The position numbers and the translations under genes are program-made. This document shows positions 1 to 9,953 of a stretch of DNA of 30,531 bases, piece after piece. The DNA is taken from contig JBFIML010000047.1 in NCBI GenBank assembly GCA_041611735.1, positions 1 to 30,531 on the forward strand, written 5' to 3'. The notes beneath the pieces are model-generated. The model was not told the origin of the DNA and made no database searches. It saw nothing but the letters and a program-made list of their open reading frames with translations. This DNA is from Myxococcota bacterium (GTDB lineage: Bacteria > Myxococcota_A > UBA9160 > PR03). How positions within the stretch are numbered: position 1 is the stretch's first letter; each line of letters starts with the position of its first letter.

Positions 1-903
1 CCCCCCCCCCCCCCCACCACGGGGGGAACGACGCTCGGCGGCGGCGTGGTGCTCGACGTGGCCCCCCCGCACCGGCGCCGTACCGATCCAGCCCTGCGCC
101 GAGACCTGGAGGTCCTGGCGCACCGGGAGCCCGAGACCGAGGTGCGGGTCCGGGTGGAGCGGGCCGGGCTCGCGGGGGTCCGCCGGGAAGGGCTGGCCCG
201 GGAGATGGGTCTCGACGGCCTCGACGCGCTGCTGCGCGGCCTCGAGGAGAAGCGCCAGCTGGCCCGGACGCCGGCGGGCACGTGCCTGGCCGAGGAGGCG
301 CTCGCCGAGCTGGCGCGGCGCGCCGAGGCGGCCCTGGCCGACTTCCACGAGCGCGAGCCGCTGCGCCCGGGCATGCCGCGAGGAGCCCTGCGCGGAGCCC
401 TGCCCGACAACGTACCCGGCGATGCGGCCGACCTGGCCCTGGCGCGGCTGGTGGCAGCGGGGCGGGTGGAGGAGGAGGGCGAGACGCTGCGGCGTGCCGG
501 GCACCGGCCGGCACTGGGGGAGCGCGAGCGGGCGCTGGTCGCCCGAGTGAGGGCGCAGGCGCACGAAGCGGGGCTCGAGCCCCCCACGCTGCGGGACTGG
601 GCGGCCGCCCTGGGAGAGGCGCCCGAGCGCCTGCGCCCCCTGCTGGCCCATCTGGTTCGGGAGGGGGTCCTGGTGCGGGCGCCGGGCGAGCTCTGGTTCG
701 ACCGGGCCGCGGTGGACGCCCTGCGGGAGCGCGTCGTGGGCCACCTGCGCCTCCACGGAACCCTGGAGACCCCCGCCTACAAGGACCTGATCGGCACCAC
801 CCGCAAGCACGCGGTCCCGCTCATGGAGCTCTTCGATGGGGAGCGCCTGACCCTGCGCGTGGGCAACCGGCGGGTGCTGCGCGGGACGCAGCCCGGGACT
901 TAA
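1..903 (+). CDS. selB: Selenocysteine-specific elongation factor SelB, C-terminal part (5' truncated by the window edge)
   Basis: The frame is open from base 1. TLGGGVVLD marks the end of EF-Tu-like domain III. Winged-helix signatures follow: FHEREPLRPGMPR, and the terminal YKDLIGTTRKHAVPLMELFD...TLRVGNRRVLR typical of the SECIS-binding WH4. Confidence 0.9.
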   Translation, partial: PPPPPTTGGTTLGGGVVLDVAPPHRRRTDPALRRDLEVLAHREPETEVRVRVERAGLAGVRREGLAREMGLDGLDALLRGLEEKRQLARTPAGTCLAEEALAELARRAEAALADFHEREPLRPGMPRGALRGALPDNVPGDAADLALARLVAAGRVEEEGETLRRAGHRPALGERERALVARVRAQAHEAGLEPPTLRDWAAALGEAPERLRPLLAHLVREGVLVRAPGELWFDRAAVDALRERVVGHLRLHGTLETPAYKDLIGTTRKHAVPLMELFDGERLTLRVGNRRVLRGTQPGT

Positions 904-927
904 GCCGGGCTGCAAAGGGGCCGATAA
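901..927 (+). promoter_or_regulatory. Putative sigma28 (FliA/SigD)-type promoter TAAG-N15-GCCGATAA
   Basis: TAAG at 901-904, an exact 15-nt spacer, GCCGATAA at 920-927; the consensus is TAAA-N15-GCCGATAA. The ATG at 936 follows 8 nt later. Confidence 0.55.
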
Positions 928-935
928 GGCCCCCC

Positions 936-1355
936 ATGGAGGCCTCGCTGCGCATCTTCTGGGTGGCCATGCTGGCTGCGGTGGCCGTCTACGCGGCAAT
1001 CCCGGTGTTCTGGAAGCCGCCGCCGAGCCCGCTGGTGGAGATGCGCCTGCTGCTGCTCGGCATCCTGGCCGCCATTGCCGCCATGACGGCGGTGGCGAGC
1101 TTCGTGGTGCGATCGGTGCTGATCGGACGCGGGGGTGCCGAGCGGGTGGCCACCGCCTACGTGGTCGCCTGGGTGCTGTCCGAGTCCGTCGGCGTGCTCG
1201 GCCTCGTCGCCCTGGGGACGCTGGGCGAGCGCGGCATGGCGTGGGCCTTCGCTGCCGGAGCCCTGCTGCTGCTCGTGCTGCACGCGCCGCGCTCCATCGA
1301 GCCCACGCTCGGACCGCTGGCCCGGGGCGGCGGGCGCATGGGCCGACCCACCTGA
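936..1355 (+). CDS. Hypothetical membrane protein, about 4 TM helices, 139 aa
   Basis: ATG at 936 (MEASLRIFW...) within ORF 282..1355. Four hydrophobic stretches; the gene fills the gap between selB and the EamA gene. Confidence 0.75.
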   Translation: MEASLRIFWVAMLAAVAVYAAIPVFWKPPPSPLVEMRLLLLGILAAIAAMTAVASFVVRSVLIGRGGAERVATAYVVAWVLSESVGVLGLVALGTLGERGMAWAFAAGALLLLVLHAPRSIEPTLGPLARGGGRMGRPT

Positions 1356-1393
1356 TCCGAGGCGCGCGGCCCCGCTAGGATCGCGGGCCCTTC

Positions 1394-2302
1394 ATGTGGG
1401 TCCCGATCGCCCTCGCCGCCACGGGCTTCCAGACCACCCGCAACGCCCTGGCGCGGAGCCTGGCCGGTCGCGTCTCCCCGCTCCTGAACAGCTGGGCGCG
1501 CTTCGCCTTCAACCTGCCGTTTGCGGCCCTGCTCATGGCCGGGCTCGTGCTGGCCGCGGGCTGGCCACAGCTTCCGCCGGCCTTCTTCGGTTTCTGCCTC
1601 GGGACGGCGGGGACCCAGCTGCTGGGCAACGTGGCGCTCATCGCAGCCTTCGACCGGGCCCCCTTCGCCCAGTCCATCGTGCTCCACAAGCTCGAGGTGG
1701 TGTTCACCGCCATCGTGGGCGTCCTGTTCTTCGCCGAGTTCCCGAGCGCTTTCGGCTGGGCCGGGATCCTGGCCTGCGGCGCAGGCGTGCTGCTGCTCAA
1801 CCTCGGCCGCACCACGGGCCCGGCGGGCTGGCGGCGCGCGTTCCACCTGGACGCCGGCGCCGGCCTCGCCTTGGCGTGCGGCCTCCTGCTCGTCTTCGCC
1901 AGCTTCCTGCTCAAGGAGGCGACGCTCGAGTTCGCCAACGCGAACCCGCGCGTGGGCACCGGCCGCTTCGAGGCCGCCGCGCACACGCTCTTCCACACCA
2001 CCTGGATGGAGGTGCTCCTGCTCACGGCCGCCCTGCTGCTCTTCCGGCCCGGGGAGCTCCGGCGCGTGCGCGTGCACTGGCGCCGCATGCTCGCCATCGG
2101 GGCCACCGGCTTCGCGGGCAGCCTGTGCTGGTTCTGGGCCTACTCGATCGCTCTGGTGGCCTACGTGAAGGCCGTGGGCCAGCTCGAGGCGGCGGCGGCG
2201 GTGGGGCTCGGCCTGCTGGTCTGGCGGGAGCGGGAGGTGGCGCGGCAGATTCCGGGGGTCGTGTTGATCCTGCTCGGCATTGCGGGAGTCCTGCTGGGGT
2301 GA
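1394..2302 (+). CDS. EamA/DMT-family transporter, 302 aa
   Basis: About 10 hydrophobic segments in two halves. Motifs FQTTRNAL, WARFAFNLPF, LHKLEVVF, GSLCWFWAY, VAYVKAVGQLE resemble DMT-superfamily proteins. A -10-like TAGGAT lies at 1376-1381. Confidence 0.8.
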   Translation: MWVPIALAATGFQTTRNALARSLAGRVSPLLNSWARFAFNLPFAALLMAGLVLAAGWPQLPPAFFGFCLGTAGTQLLGNVALIAAFDRAPFAQSIVLHKLEVVFTAIVGVLFFAEFPSAFGWAGILACGAGVLLLNLGRTTGPAGWRRAFHLDAGAGLALACGLLLVFASFLLKEATLEFANANPRVGTGRFEAAAHTLFHTTWMEVLLLTAALLLFRPGELRRVRVHWRRMLAIGATGFAGSLCWFWAYSIALVAYVKAVGQLEAAAAVGLGLLVWREREVARQIPGVVLILLGIAGVLLG

Positions 2303-2805
2303 GGGAAGTGGGCGGCCCCGATGCGGAGCGGGCCGAGGCCCGGCGCGGGCGGCTGCGGCGCCTGGCTTGGCTGCTCGACAGCTCCCTCCGCATCCCGATC
2401 GTGGGCTGGCGCATCGGCGTCGAGGCGCTGCTCGGCCTGGTGCCGGGCGTGGGCGACGCGGTGGGGACCCTGCTCTCCGGCTACATCCTGGCCGAGGCCT
2501 GGCGCCTCGGCGCCCCGCGGGCCGTGCTGCTGCGCATGGCGGCGAACGTGGCCCTGGAAGCCGTGGTCGGGCTCCTGCCCGTGGCCGGCGACCTGTTCGA
2601 CATGGCCTGGAAGGCCAACCAGCGCAACGTGCGGCTGCTGGACGAGGCCCTGGCGCGGCCGCAGCGGACGGCGGTCGCCAGCCGGCTCCTGCTCGGGAGT
2701 GTGGCCGCGGCGCTGGGGGCCCTGGTGCTCGGCGCGCTCGCCGTGGGCGTCTGGATCGGCTGGGCGCTGCTCGGGCCGACTGGCCCCGGCGCGGGCCTGG
2801 AATGA
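2299..2805 (+). CDS. DUF4112-domain membrane protein, about 168 aa
   Basis: The GTG start overlaps the EamA stop (GTGA). Family-typical RLRRLAWLLDSSLRIP, LLGLVPGVGD and GLLPVAGDLFDMAWKANQRNVRLL. Confidence 0.85.
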   Translation: MREVGGPDAERAEARRGRLRRLAWLLDSSLRIPIVGWRIGVEALLGLVPGVGDAVGTLLSGYILAEAWRLGAPRAVLLRMAANVALEAVVGLLPVAGDLFDMAWKANQRNVRLLDEALARPQRTAVASRLLLGSVAAALGALVLGALAVGVWIGWALLGPTGPGAGLE

Positions 2806-2808
2806 CGA

Positions 2809-2830
2809 CGCCCCGGCCGAAGCCCGGGCG
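2809..2830. terminator. GC-rich hairpin between convergent DUF4112 and nuoN genes (possible terminator or 3' stabiliser)
   Basis: CGCCC-C-GGC-cgaa-GCC-C-GGGCG. On the minus strand the loop reads C(UUCG)G. There is no U-tract. Confidence 0.4.
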
Positions 2831-2833
2831 CGT

Positions 2834-4345
2834 TCAGTACAGCAACGCCACCGACTGACGCGCCCACTCGAGGGCGCGCACGTGCGCGAGCAGCCCCGGT
2901 CCCGCACCCGGGAAGATGCCGAGCAGCAGCACCACCACCGCGCACACCGCCAGCACCAACCGCTCGCCGCTGCTGCTCTCCTCGCGCAGGGCCGCCTCGC
3001 CGGGCTCGCTCATGTACATGGCCACCGGGATGCGCAGGTAGTAGTAGACGGAGACCACGCTGGTGAGTACACCCAGGATGGCGAGCCCGACGTAGCCGGC
3101 CCCCACCGCCGCCTTGAACACCATGAACTTGGCGATGAAGCCGCCCGTCCCGGGCATCCCCGCCAGCGCCAGCAGGAAGAGCGTCAGGAGCCCGGCCAGG
3201 GCCGGCCGCGAGCGCGCCAGGCCGGCCAGATCGTCGATGCGCTCGCAGTCGCGCCCGCGGTTGGCGAGGGCCACCAGCGCGGCGAAGGCACCGAGGTTCA
3301 TGAAGACGTAGACCAGCAGATAGAACAGCACGGCGGCGTGGCCCTCGGGAGTGCCCGCCACCAGCCCCACCAGCACGTAGCCGGCGTGGGCGATGCTCGA
3401 GTAGGCGAGCAGCCGCTTCAGGTTGTCCTGGATCACGGCCATCACGTTCCCGACCAGCATGGTCAGGGCCGCCAGCACCCAGAGCAGGCCCGTCAGCTCG
3501 CCGGCGAAGGGGCCGAAGGCGACCGTGAGCGTGCGCAGCAGGGCGCCGAAGGCCGCCACCTTCACCGTCACCGCCATGTAGGTGGTGACCGAGATGGGCG
3601 CGCCCTCGTAAACGTCCGGCGTCCACTGGTGGAAGGGCACCGAGGAGATCTTGAAGGCGAAGCCCACCAGCAGCAGCCCGAACCCCGTGAGTGCCAGCGG
3701 GTTGCCCGCCGGGAAGGCGGCGCGAATGCCGTCGAAGTCCGTGTGCCCGGTGGTCCCGTAGAGGAGCGCCATGCCGTAGAGCAGGATCGCGCTGGCGAAG
3801 GAGCCCACCAGGAAGTACTTGAGCGCCGACTCGTTGCTGCGCAGGCGCCGGCGGTCGAAGCCCGCCAGCACGTAGATGGGGATGCTCATGAGCTCGAGGC
3901 CCAGGAACAGCGTAATCAGGTCCGTGGAGCCGGCCAGCAGCATCATGCCCGAAGTAGCGAGCAGCAGGAGCGCGTAGTACTCGCCGTGGTTGATGCGGAC
4001 CTCGGCCAGGTACGTGACCGAGAGCACGCACACCAGCAGCGAGGCCACCGCCACGAGCGCCGTCACGAAGGCCGCCAGGCGGTCGAGCCTGAGCATGGGG
4101 CGCTCCAGCTGGAAGACCGCCGACGTGTCGGCCCAGAAGGCGTGGGCGCTCGCGTAGAGGGCGAGCGCCAGGAAGCCGGACGCGATCATGGCCAGGACGG
4201 CGCCGATCCAGACGTCGGTGACGGGGCGCCCGAGCAGGGTCTTGCGGCGCGAGAGCACCACCTCGGCCAGCAGCACCACCAGGGCCCCGATGGCCACGAA
4301 CCCGATGGGCGCCACGGCGGTCAAGTCGAGGGTCGGCGCCGTCAC
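2834..4345 (-). CDS. nuoN: NADH-quinone oxidoreductase subunit N, about 503 aa
   Basis: Motifs GLELMSIPIYVL, ESALKYFLVGSFAS, FKISSVPFHQWTPDVYEGAP, KRLLAYSSIAHAGY. The GTG at 4345 overlaps the nuoM stop. Confidence 0.95.
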   Translation of the reverse strand: MTAPTLDLTAVAPIGFVAIGALVVLLAEVVLSRRKTLLGRPVTDVWIGAVLAMIASGFLALALYASAHAFWADTSAVFQLERPMLRLDRLAAFVTALVAVASLLVCVLSVTYLAEVRINHGEYYALLLLATSGMMLLAGSTDLITLFLGLELMSIPIYVLAGFDRRRLRSNESALKYFLVGSFASAILLYGMALLYGTTGHTDFDGIRAAFPAGNPLALTGFGLLLVGFAFKISSVPFHQWTPDVYEGAPISVTTYMAVTVKVAAFGALLRTLTVAFGPFAGELTGLLWVLAALTMLVGNVMAVIQDNLKRLLAYSSIAHAGYVLVGLVAGTPEGHAAVLFYLLVYVFMNLGAFAALVALANRGRDCERIDDLAGLARSRPALAGLLTLFLLALAGMPGTGGFIAKFMVFKAAVGAGYVGLAILGVLTSVVSVYYYLRIPVAMYMSEPGEAALREESSSGERLVLAVCAVVVLLLGIFPGAGPGLLAHVRALEWARQSVALLY

Positions 4346-5967
4346 CGGCCGGCCTCTTCGGGACGCCCGGCAGGCGGCGCCAGGAACGCGGCGAGGGGCG
4401 GCGCCGCGGTCGCCCGGGCCGTCGTCGCCCCGTGGCGCTCTAGCCGATCCACCAGCTCGTTCACGGGTCCGTCGAGCCGGCGCAGAAAGGTCTTGGGATA
4501 CAGCCCGATCCAGAAGATCGGGATCAGGATCGTCACCAGGATCGCCTTCTCGCGCAGGCCCAGGTCGATGAGCGAACGGTTCTCGGGACTCTCCACCGGC
4601 CCGAACATGACGCGCCGGTACATCCAGAGCATGTAGGCCGCCGCCAGCACCACGCCGAAGGTGGCGGCTACGGCGACCCCCGGGCTCACCAGGAAGGTGC
4701 CGAGCAGGATCAAGAACTCGCCCACGAAGCCGTTCAGGGCCGGGAGACCGATGCTCGACATGGTGACGATTCCGAAGAACGCGGCGAAGACGGGCATGGG
4801 TCGGGCGATGCCGCCCAGGTCCGCGATCTGCCGGGTGTGGCGGCGCTCGTAGAGCATCCCCACCAGGAGGAAGAGCGCCCCGGTGGAGAGACCGTGGTTC
4901 ACCATCTGCAGCACGCTGCCTTCCAGACCCTCCTCGTTGAAGGCGAACATGCCGATCATGACGAAGCCCAGGTGGGCCACCGAGGAGTAGGCCACGAGCT
5001 TCTTGATGTCGCTCTGCACCATGGCGACGAGCGCGCCGTAGAGGATGCCCACCAGCCCGAGCCCGAACGCGAGGGGTGCGAACTGGAAGGACGCCTCCGG
5101 GAAGAGCGGCAGGGCGAAGCGTACGAAGCCGTAGGTTCCCATCTTGAGCAGCACGCCGGCGAGGATCACGGAGCCCGCCGTGGGGGCCTCCACGTGGGCG
5201 TCGGGCAACCAGGTGTGGAAGGGAACGATCGGCACCTTGATGCCGAAGGCCAGCGCGAAGGCCAGGAAGAGCCAGGTCTGGGTCTTCCACCACACGGCCT
5301 CGCCGGCCAGCGGGACGGCCGTGTCCAGCAGCGCCGGGCCCACGGCGCTGGGCGGCGGCACCAGGTCGAAGCTGAGCACTCCGTACTGCTCGAAGAAGAG
5401 GAGGTAGAGCACCAGGACCGCCACCAGCATGAGGAGCGACCCGAACATGGTGAACAGGAAGAACTTGATGGCGGCGTAGACGCGCCGCGGCCCGCCCCAG
5501 ATCCCGATGATGAAGTACATCGGGATCAGCATGATCTCCCAGAAGAGGTAGAACTGGAAGACGTTCAGGGAGACGAAGGCCCCGAGCATGCCCGTTTCGA
5601 GGAAGAGATTGAAGAAGACGAAGCCCTTCACGGACCGCGTGATGTCGGTCCAGGAAGCGAGCAGCACCAGCGGCATCAGGAAGGTGGTGAGCAGCACCAG
5701 CAGCAGGCTGATGCCGTCCACCCCGACGAAGTAGTGGATGCCGTAGGAGGGCAGCCAGGCGGCGTACTCCACGAACTGGAAGCCCGCCTTGGCGGGATCG
5801 AAGCCCAGGAAGAGGTGCACCGAGAGCAGGAAGGTGACCGTGGTGCTGGCCAGCGAGATGCCGCGCCAGGCGGACTCCGGGAGACGGTGTACGAGGAGCA
5901 GGCCGAGCGCCGTGGCGAGCGGCAGGAAGGTGACGACCGAAAGGAGATGGGTGTTCAGTTCGATCAT
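4342..5967 (-). CDS. nuoM: NADH-quinone oxidoreductase subunit M
   Basis: Motifs GVDGISL, FYLFWEIMLIPMY, KVPIVPFHTWLPDAHVEAPT, LKMGTYG, KKLVAYSSVAHLG, LQMVNHG. Confidence 0.96.
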   Translation of the reverse strand: MIELNTHLLSVVTFLPLATALGLLLVHRLPESAWRGISLASTTVTFLLSVHLFLGFDPAKAGFQFVEYAAWLPSYGIHYFVGVDGISLLLVLLTTFLMPLVLLASWTDITRSVKGFVFFNLFLETGMLGAFVSLNVFQFYLFWEIMLIPMYFIIGIWGGPRRVYAAIKFFLFTMFGSLLMLVAVLVLYLLFFEQYGVLSFDLVPPPSAVGPALLDTAVPLAGEAVWWKTQTWLFLAFALAFGIKVPIVPFHTWLPDAHVEAPTAGSVILAGVLLKMGTYGFVRFALPLFPEASFQFAPLAFGLGLVGILYGALVAMVQSDIKKLVAYSSVAHLGFVMIGMFAFNEEGLEGSVLQMVNHGLSTGALFLLVGMLYERRHTRQIADLGGIARPMPVFAAFFGIVTMSSIGLPALNGFVGEFLILLGTFLVSPGVAVAATFGVVLAAAYMLWMYRRVMFGPVESPENRSLIDLGLREKAILVTILIPIFWIGLYPKTFLRRLDGPVNELVDRLERHGATTARATAAPPLAAFLAPPAGRPEEAGR

Positions 5968-5971
5968 GGAC

Positions 5972-8005
5972 CTAGCGGACCAGCCAGCCGACCACGGCCA
6001 GCGTGCCGAGCAGCATGACGAAGAGGTAGCCCTGGGCGAGGCCGGAGTGGGCGTGCTTGAGGACCCGGGCGGCCAGCGCGCGCACCGCGCGCGCCGTCCC
6101 GTCGACGCCCACTGCGTCGATCAGCCCGGCGTCCACGCCCCGGAAGAGCACGCGGTCCGAAGCGATCACCAGGGGCCGCACGAGCAGGGCATCGTAGATC
6201 TCGTCCACGTAGAACTTGTCGCGGACCAGGCGGAAGAGCGCTCCCAGACCGGCGCGCAGCCGCGCAGGCAGCCCCGGGCGGTGCACGTAGAGCCACCAGG
6301 CGAGCAGGGTGCCGAGCGAGGCGGCGGCCACCGCCAGACCCGCGAGCCCGAGCTCCACGGCGTGGGAGACGTGGTGGGCCTCGGCGGCGAGGACCGGAGC
6401 GAGGAAGTGGGCCAGGCTGTTCGAATCGCTCACCCCCAGGGCGTCGCCGTACACCTGGGGAAGGCCCGCCAGGCCCGCCACCGCCGAGAAGGCGGCCAGC
6501 ACGTAGAGGGGCACCCGCACCACCTGGCTCGGCTCGTGCACGTGATTGCGGACCTCTTCGGGCACACGGCTCGCGCCCGCGAAGGTCCGGAAGTGGAGCC
6601 GGAACATGTAGAAGGCGGTGAGCGCGGCGGTGACCAGGCCCAGGGCCCAGAGGGCCTGGTGCCCGGGCACGTCGTGGGCGAGCCAGGCGGAGAGCAGGAT
6701 CTCGTCCTTCGAGAAGAAGCCCGACAGGGGCGGGAAGCCGGCGATCGCCAACACCCCCACCAGGAAGACGAGGTGGGTGTGGGGCAGGCGCCGGCGCAGG
6801 CCGCCCATGCGGTCCGTGTCCTGCTCGTGGTGCATGGCCAGGATCACGGCGCCCGAGCCCAGGAAGAGCAGCGCCTTGAAGAAGGCGTGCGTCCCCAGGT
6901 GAAAGATGGCGGCACCGTAGGCTCCGCAACCGGCGGCCACGAACATGTAGCCGAGCTGGCTCACCGTGGAGTAGGCGAGGACCTTCTTGATGTCGGTCTG
7001 GGCCAGGGCGATGGTGGCGGCCAGCAGCGCCGTCACGCCGCCGGTCCAGGCCACCGTGGCAGCCGCACCCGGCCCCGCTTCGTAGACGAACGAGAGCCGG
7101 CAAACCATGTAGACGCCGGCCGTCACCATGGTAGCGGCGTGGATCAGGGCCGAGACCGGCGTCGGGCCGGCCATGGCGTCGGGCAGCCAGGTGTAGAGCG
7201 GGATCTGCGCCGACTTTCCGCAGGCACCGAGGAAGAGGCACAGACCGATCAGGGTGGCGAGGCGCCACTCCGGCGCCCCGGGCAGGAAGCCGAGCCAGTC
7301 CGGCAGCCGCACCGTGCGCTCGGCCAAGGCCCCGAAGCCGGCCTCGATCTCGTGGAACGCGATCGAGCCGACGCCCACGTCGCGCAGGGCCCAGACCAGC
7401 AGGAAGATGCCGACCAGGAAGCCGAAGTCCCCGATCCGGTTGACGATGAACGCCTTGCTGCCGCAGTAGGCGTTCCAGCGGTCGCCGTACCAGAAGCCGA
7501 TCAGCAGGTAGGAGCAGAGCCCGACGCCCTCCCAGCCCAGGAAGAGGACCAGCAGGTTGTCGCCCAGGACGAGCAACAGCATCGCGCAGGTGAACAGGTT
7601 CAGGTAGCAGAAGAAACGCTGGAAGCCGCCGTCGTCGCGGTGGTCCTCGGCCATGTAGCCAACCGAGTAGACGTGGATCAGGAAGCCGACGCCCGTCACC
7701 ACCAGGGTCATCACCGCGGAGAGCGCATCCATCCGGAAGCCGAGCTCGGCGTGGAAGCGGCCGGCTCCGATCCAGCTCCACACCTCGTCGGCCAGGAAGC
7801 CCGCCTCTCCGGGCAGGGTCAGCAGTCGCCCGAGGGACACGCAGGCGAGTACGAAGGCGAGCCCCACGGCGCCGCAGGAGAGGCCGACCACGAAGGCGCG
7901 CGGGGCCTCGCGCCGCAGGAGGCCGAGCATCACGCCGTGCACGGCCGCCGCCAGCACGGGCAGGAACACGATCCAGCGCAGCAGCGAGGTCTCCGCGCCT
8001 ACCAT
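5972..8005 (-). CDS. nuoL: NADH-quinone oxidoreductase subunit L
   Basis: Motifs [74 protein letters not shown], and a C-terminal KFYVDEIYD helix region. Confidence 0.96.
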   Translation of the reverse strand: MVGAETSLLRWIVFLPVLAAAVHGVMLGLLRREAPRAFVVGLSCGAVGLAFVLACVSLGRLLTLPGEAGFLADEVWSWIGAGRFHAELGFRMDALSAVMTLVVTGVGFLIHVYSVGYMAEDHRDDGGFQRFFCYLNLFTCAMLLLVLGDNLLVLFLGWEGVGLCSYLLIGFWYGDRWNAYCGSKAFIVNRIGDFGFLVGIFLLVWALRDVGVGSIAFHEIEAGFGALAERTVRLPDWLGFLPGAPEWRLATLIGLCLFLGACGKSAQIPLYTWLPDAMAGPTPVSALIHAATMVTAGVYMVCRLSFVYEAGPGAAATVAWTGGVTALLAATIALAQTDIKKVLAYSTVSQLGYMFVAAGCGAYGAAIFHLGTHAFFKALLFLGSGAVILAMHHEQDTDRMGGLRRRLPHTHLVFLVGVLAIAGFPPLSGFFSKDEILLSAWLAHDVPGHQALWALGLVTAALTAFYMFRLHFRTFAGASRVPEEVRNHVHEPSQVVRVPLYVLAAFSAVAGLAGLPQVYGDALGVSDSNSLAHFLAPVLAAEAHHVSHAVELGLAGLAVAAASLGTLLAWWLYVHRPGLPARLRAGLGALFRLVRDKFYVDEIYDALLVRPLVIASDRVLFRGVDAGLIDAVGVDGTARAVRALAARVLKHAHSGLAQGYLFVMLLGTLAVVGWLVR

Positions 8006-8301
8006 CGCAGCAGGCTCACGTCCTCGACGTTGATGGACTCGCGGTTGCGGAACAGCGCGATCACGATGCCGAGCCCCACGGCCACCTCGGCGGCGGCCAC
8101 CGTGATCACCATCAGGACGAAGATCTGGCCGTCCAGGCTGCCCCAGGCCCGCGAGAAGCCCACGAAGGCCAGGTTCACGGCGTTCAGCATCAGCTCGATG
8201 GACATCAGGATCACGATCAGGTTGCGACGCGTGAGGGCACCGACCGTGCCGATCCCGAACAGGATCGCGGAGAGACCGATCACGTGCTCCAGGGGCACCA
8301 T
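7999..8301 (-). CDS. nuoK: NADH-quinone oxidoreductase subunit K
   Basis: 100 aa with [20 protein letters not shown] and [13 protein letters not shown]. Confidence 0.96.
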   Translation of the reverse strand: MVPLEHVIGLSAILFGIGTVGALTRRNLIVILMSIELMLNAVNLAFVGFSRAWGSLDGQIFVLMVITVAAAEVAVGLGIVIALFRNRESINVEDVSLLRW

Positions 8302-8303
8302 GG

Positions 8304-8804
8304 TCAGTCGAGGCTCCGCTTGGCGAGCACCACCGATCCCACCATGGCAGCGAGCAGCAGCAGCGACGTGACCTCGAAGGGGAGTACGAAGTCCGTGAAG
8401 AGGACGCGGCCCACCTCCCGGTAGCCCCCGAAACCCTCCGGCGTGACCGCGGCGTCCGGGAGCGTGCCGGGCAGGGCGCCCAGGAAGGCCACGCAGACGG
8501 CCGCCGCTAGCAACACGCCGAGCCCCTTCACCACCCGCTGGCGCGGCGGTGGGAAGGCGTCCTGGCGCAGGTTGAGCAGCATCACCACGAACAGGAACAG
8601 CACGACGATGGCCCCCGCGTAGACCATGATCTGGATCACCGCGATCAGATGCGCCTCCAGCAGGACGTAGATGGCGCCGAGCGCCACCATGGTCACCACC
8701 AGGCTCATGGCGGCCGCCACGGTGTTGCGCAAGTTCAAGACCATGCCCAGGGCCGAGGCCACCGCCAGGAAGGCGAAGAAGTAGAAGAACACGGCCTCGC
8801 TCAT
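8304..8804 (-). CDS. nuoJ: NADH-quinone oxidoreductase subunit J, about 166 aa
   Basis: The ATG at 8804 overlaps the nuoH stop (ATGA). Motifs [20 protein letters not shown] and [15 protein letters not shown]. Confidence 0.95.
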   Translation of the reverse strand: MSEAVFFYFFAFLAVASALGMVLNLRNTVAAAMSLVVTMVALGAIYVLLEAHLIAVIQIMVYAGAIVVLFLFVVMLLNLRQDAFPPPRQRVVKGLGVLLAAAVCVAFLGALPGTLPDAAVTPEGFGGYREVGRVLFTDFVLPFEVTSLLLLAAMVGSVVLAKRSLD

Positions 8805-9952
8805 GGCAGCTCCAGGATCGCGAGGATCACCAGGCCGGTGACCATCACGTTGGCCAGGGAGAGCGGCAGCATGATCTTCCAGCACAGGTCCATCACCTGG
8901 TCGTAGCGGAAGCGCGGCAGGGTCCAGCGCAGCGCCATCTGGAACCACACCATGACCACCACCTTGAACAGGAAGGCCCCCACGTGCAGCACCATGCAGG
9001 CGAGGTTCGCGAAGCCCTCGCCAAGAACCGGTGCGATGGCCCCGACCAGGGTGGCCTGGGGCAGCCAGGGGATCGACCAGCCGCCCAGGAAGATCGCCGT
9101 CATCAGGCCGGCGATCACCACCACCTCGATGAACTCGGACATGTAGAACAGCCCGAACCGCATGCCCGAGTACTCGGTGAAGTAGCCCGCCACCAGCTCC
9201 GACTCGGCCTCCGGCATGTCGAAGGGCGGCCGCTTGTTCTCGGCCATGGCGGCGGCCAGGAACATCACGAAGGCCAGCGGCTGCAGGAAGACCCCCCAGA
9301 AGGGGAGCTGAAGCACGCCGAGCCAGCCGATGTCCCGTACCCAGCCGAAGTGCTCGAGGAACCCGAACAGGCGGAAGGTCGCGTCCTGGGCCACGGCCAT
9401 GTCGGTCATGCGCAGGGTCTGGAAGACCATGAACACGCCCACCACCGAGAGGCCCATGGTGACCTCGTAGGAGATCATCTGGGCCGAGGCGCGCAGGCTG
9501 CCGAGCAGCGACCAGTTGTTGTTGCTGGCCCAGCCGGCGATCACGGTGCCGTAGGTCGCGATCGATCCGATGGCGAAGATGTAGAGCAGCCCCCAGTCCA
9601 GGTCCGCCACCACCAGCGAGAGCTCGCGGTCGCCGAAGCGGTAGGTGGATCCGTAGGGGATCACCGCGAAGGCGATCAGGGCCGGGATGGCCGCGATGAG
9701 CGGCGCCACCAGGTGCATGACCCGGTTGGCGCCCGTGGGCACCACGTCCTCCTTGGTGAGGAGCTTGATCACGTCGGCGAGCGGATGGAAGAGCCCGAGC
9801 AAGCGGATGCCGAAGATGTCGGCACGGTTGGCCCCGATGCGATCCTGCATCACGGCGCTCTGCTTGCGCTCCACCCAGGTGATGACGGGAGCGAAGGCGC
9901 CGACCACCACGGCGAGGATGAAGGCGGTCTTGAGGATGGTCTCGAGGAGCAT
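8801..9952 (-). CDS. nuoH: NADH-quinone oxidoreductase subunit H
   Basis: Motifs WVERK...[63 protein letters not shown]. Confidence 0.96.
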   Translation of the reverse strand: MLLETILKTAFILAVVVGAFAPVITWVERKQSAVMQDRIGANRADIFGIRLLGLFHPLADVIKLLTKEDVVPTGANRVMHLVAPLIAAIPALIAFAVIPYGSTYRFGDRELSLVVADLDWGLLYIFAIGSIATYGTVIAGWASNNNWSLLGSLRASAQMISYEVTMGLSVVGVFMVFQTLRMTDMAVAQDATFRLFGFLEHFGWVRDIGWLGVLQLPFWGVFLQPLAFVMFLAAAMAENKRPPFDMPEAESELVAGYFTEYSGMRFGLFYMSEFIEVVVIAGLMTAIFLGGWSIPWLPQATLVGAIAPVLGEGFANLACMVLHVGAFLFKVVVMVWFQMALRWTLPRFRYDQVMDLCWKIMLPLSLANVMVTGLVILAILELP

Positions 9953-9953
9953 C

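Noticed and set aside
1-15. C15 homopolymer in the selB frame (possible phase-variation tract)
   Set aside because: It lies at the very edge of the sequence and would encode poly-Pro where SelB has ordinary sequence. Most likely a contig-end or sequencing artefact.
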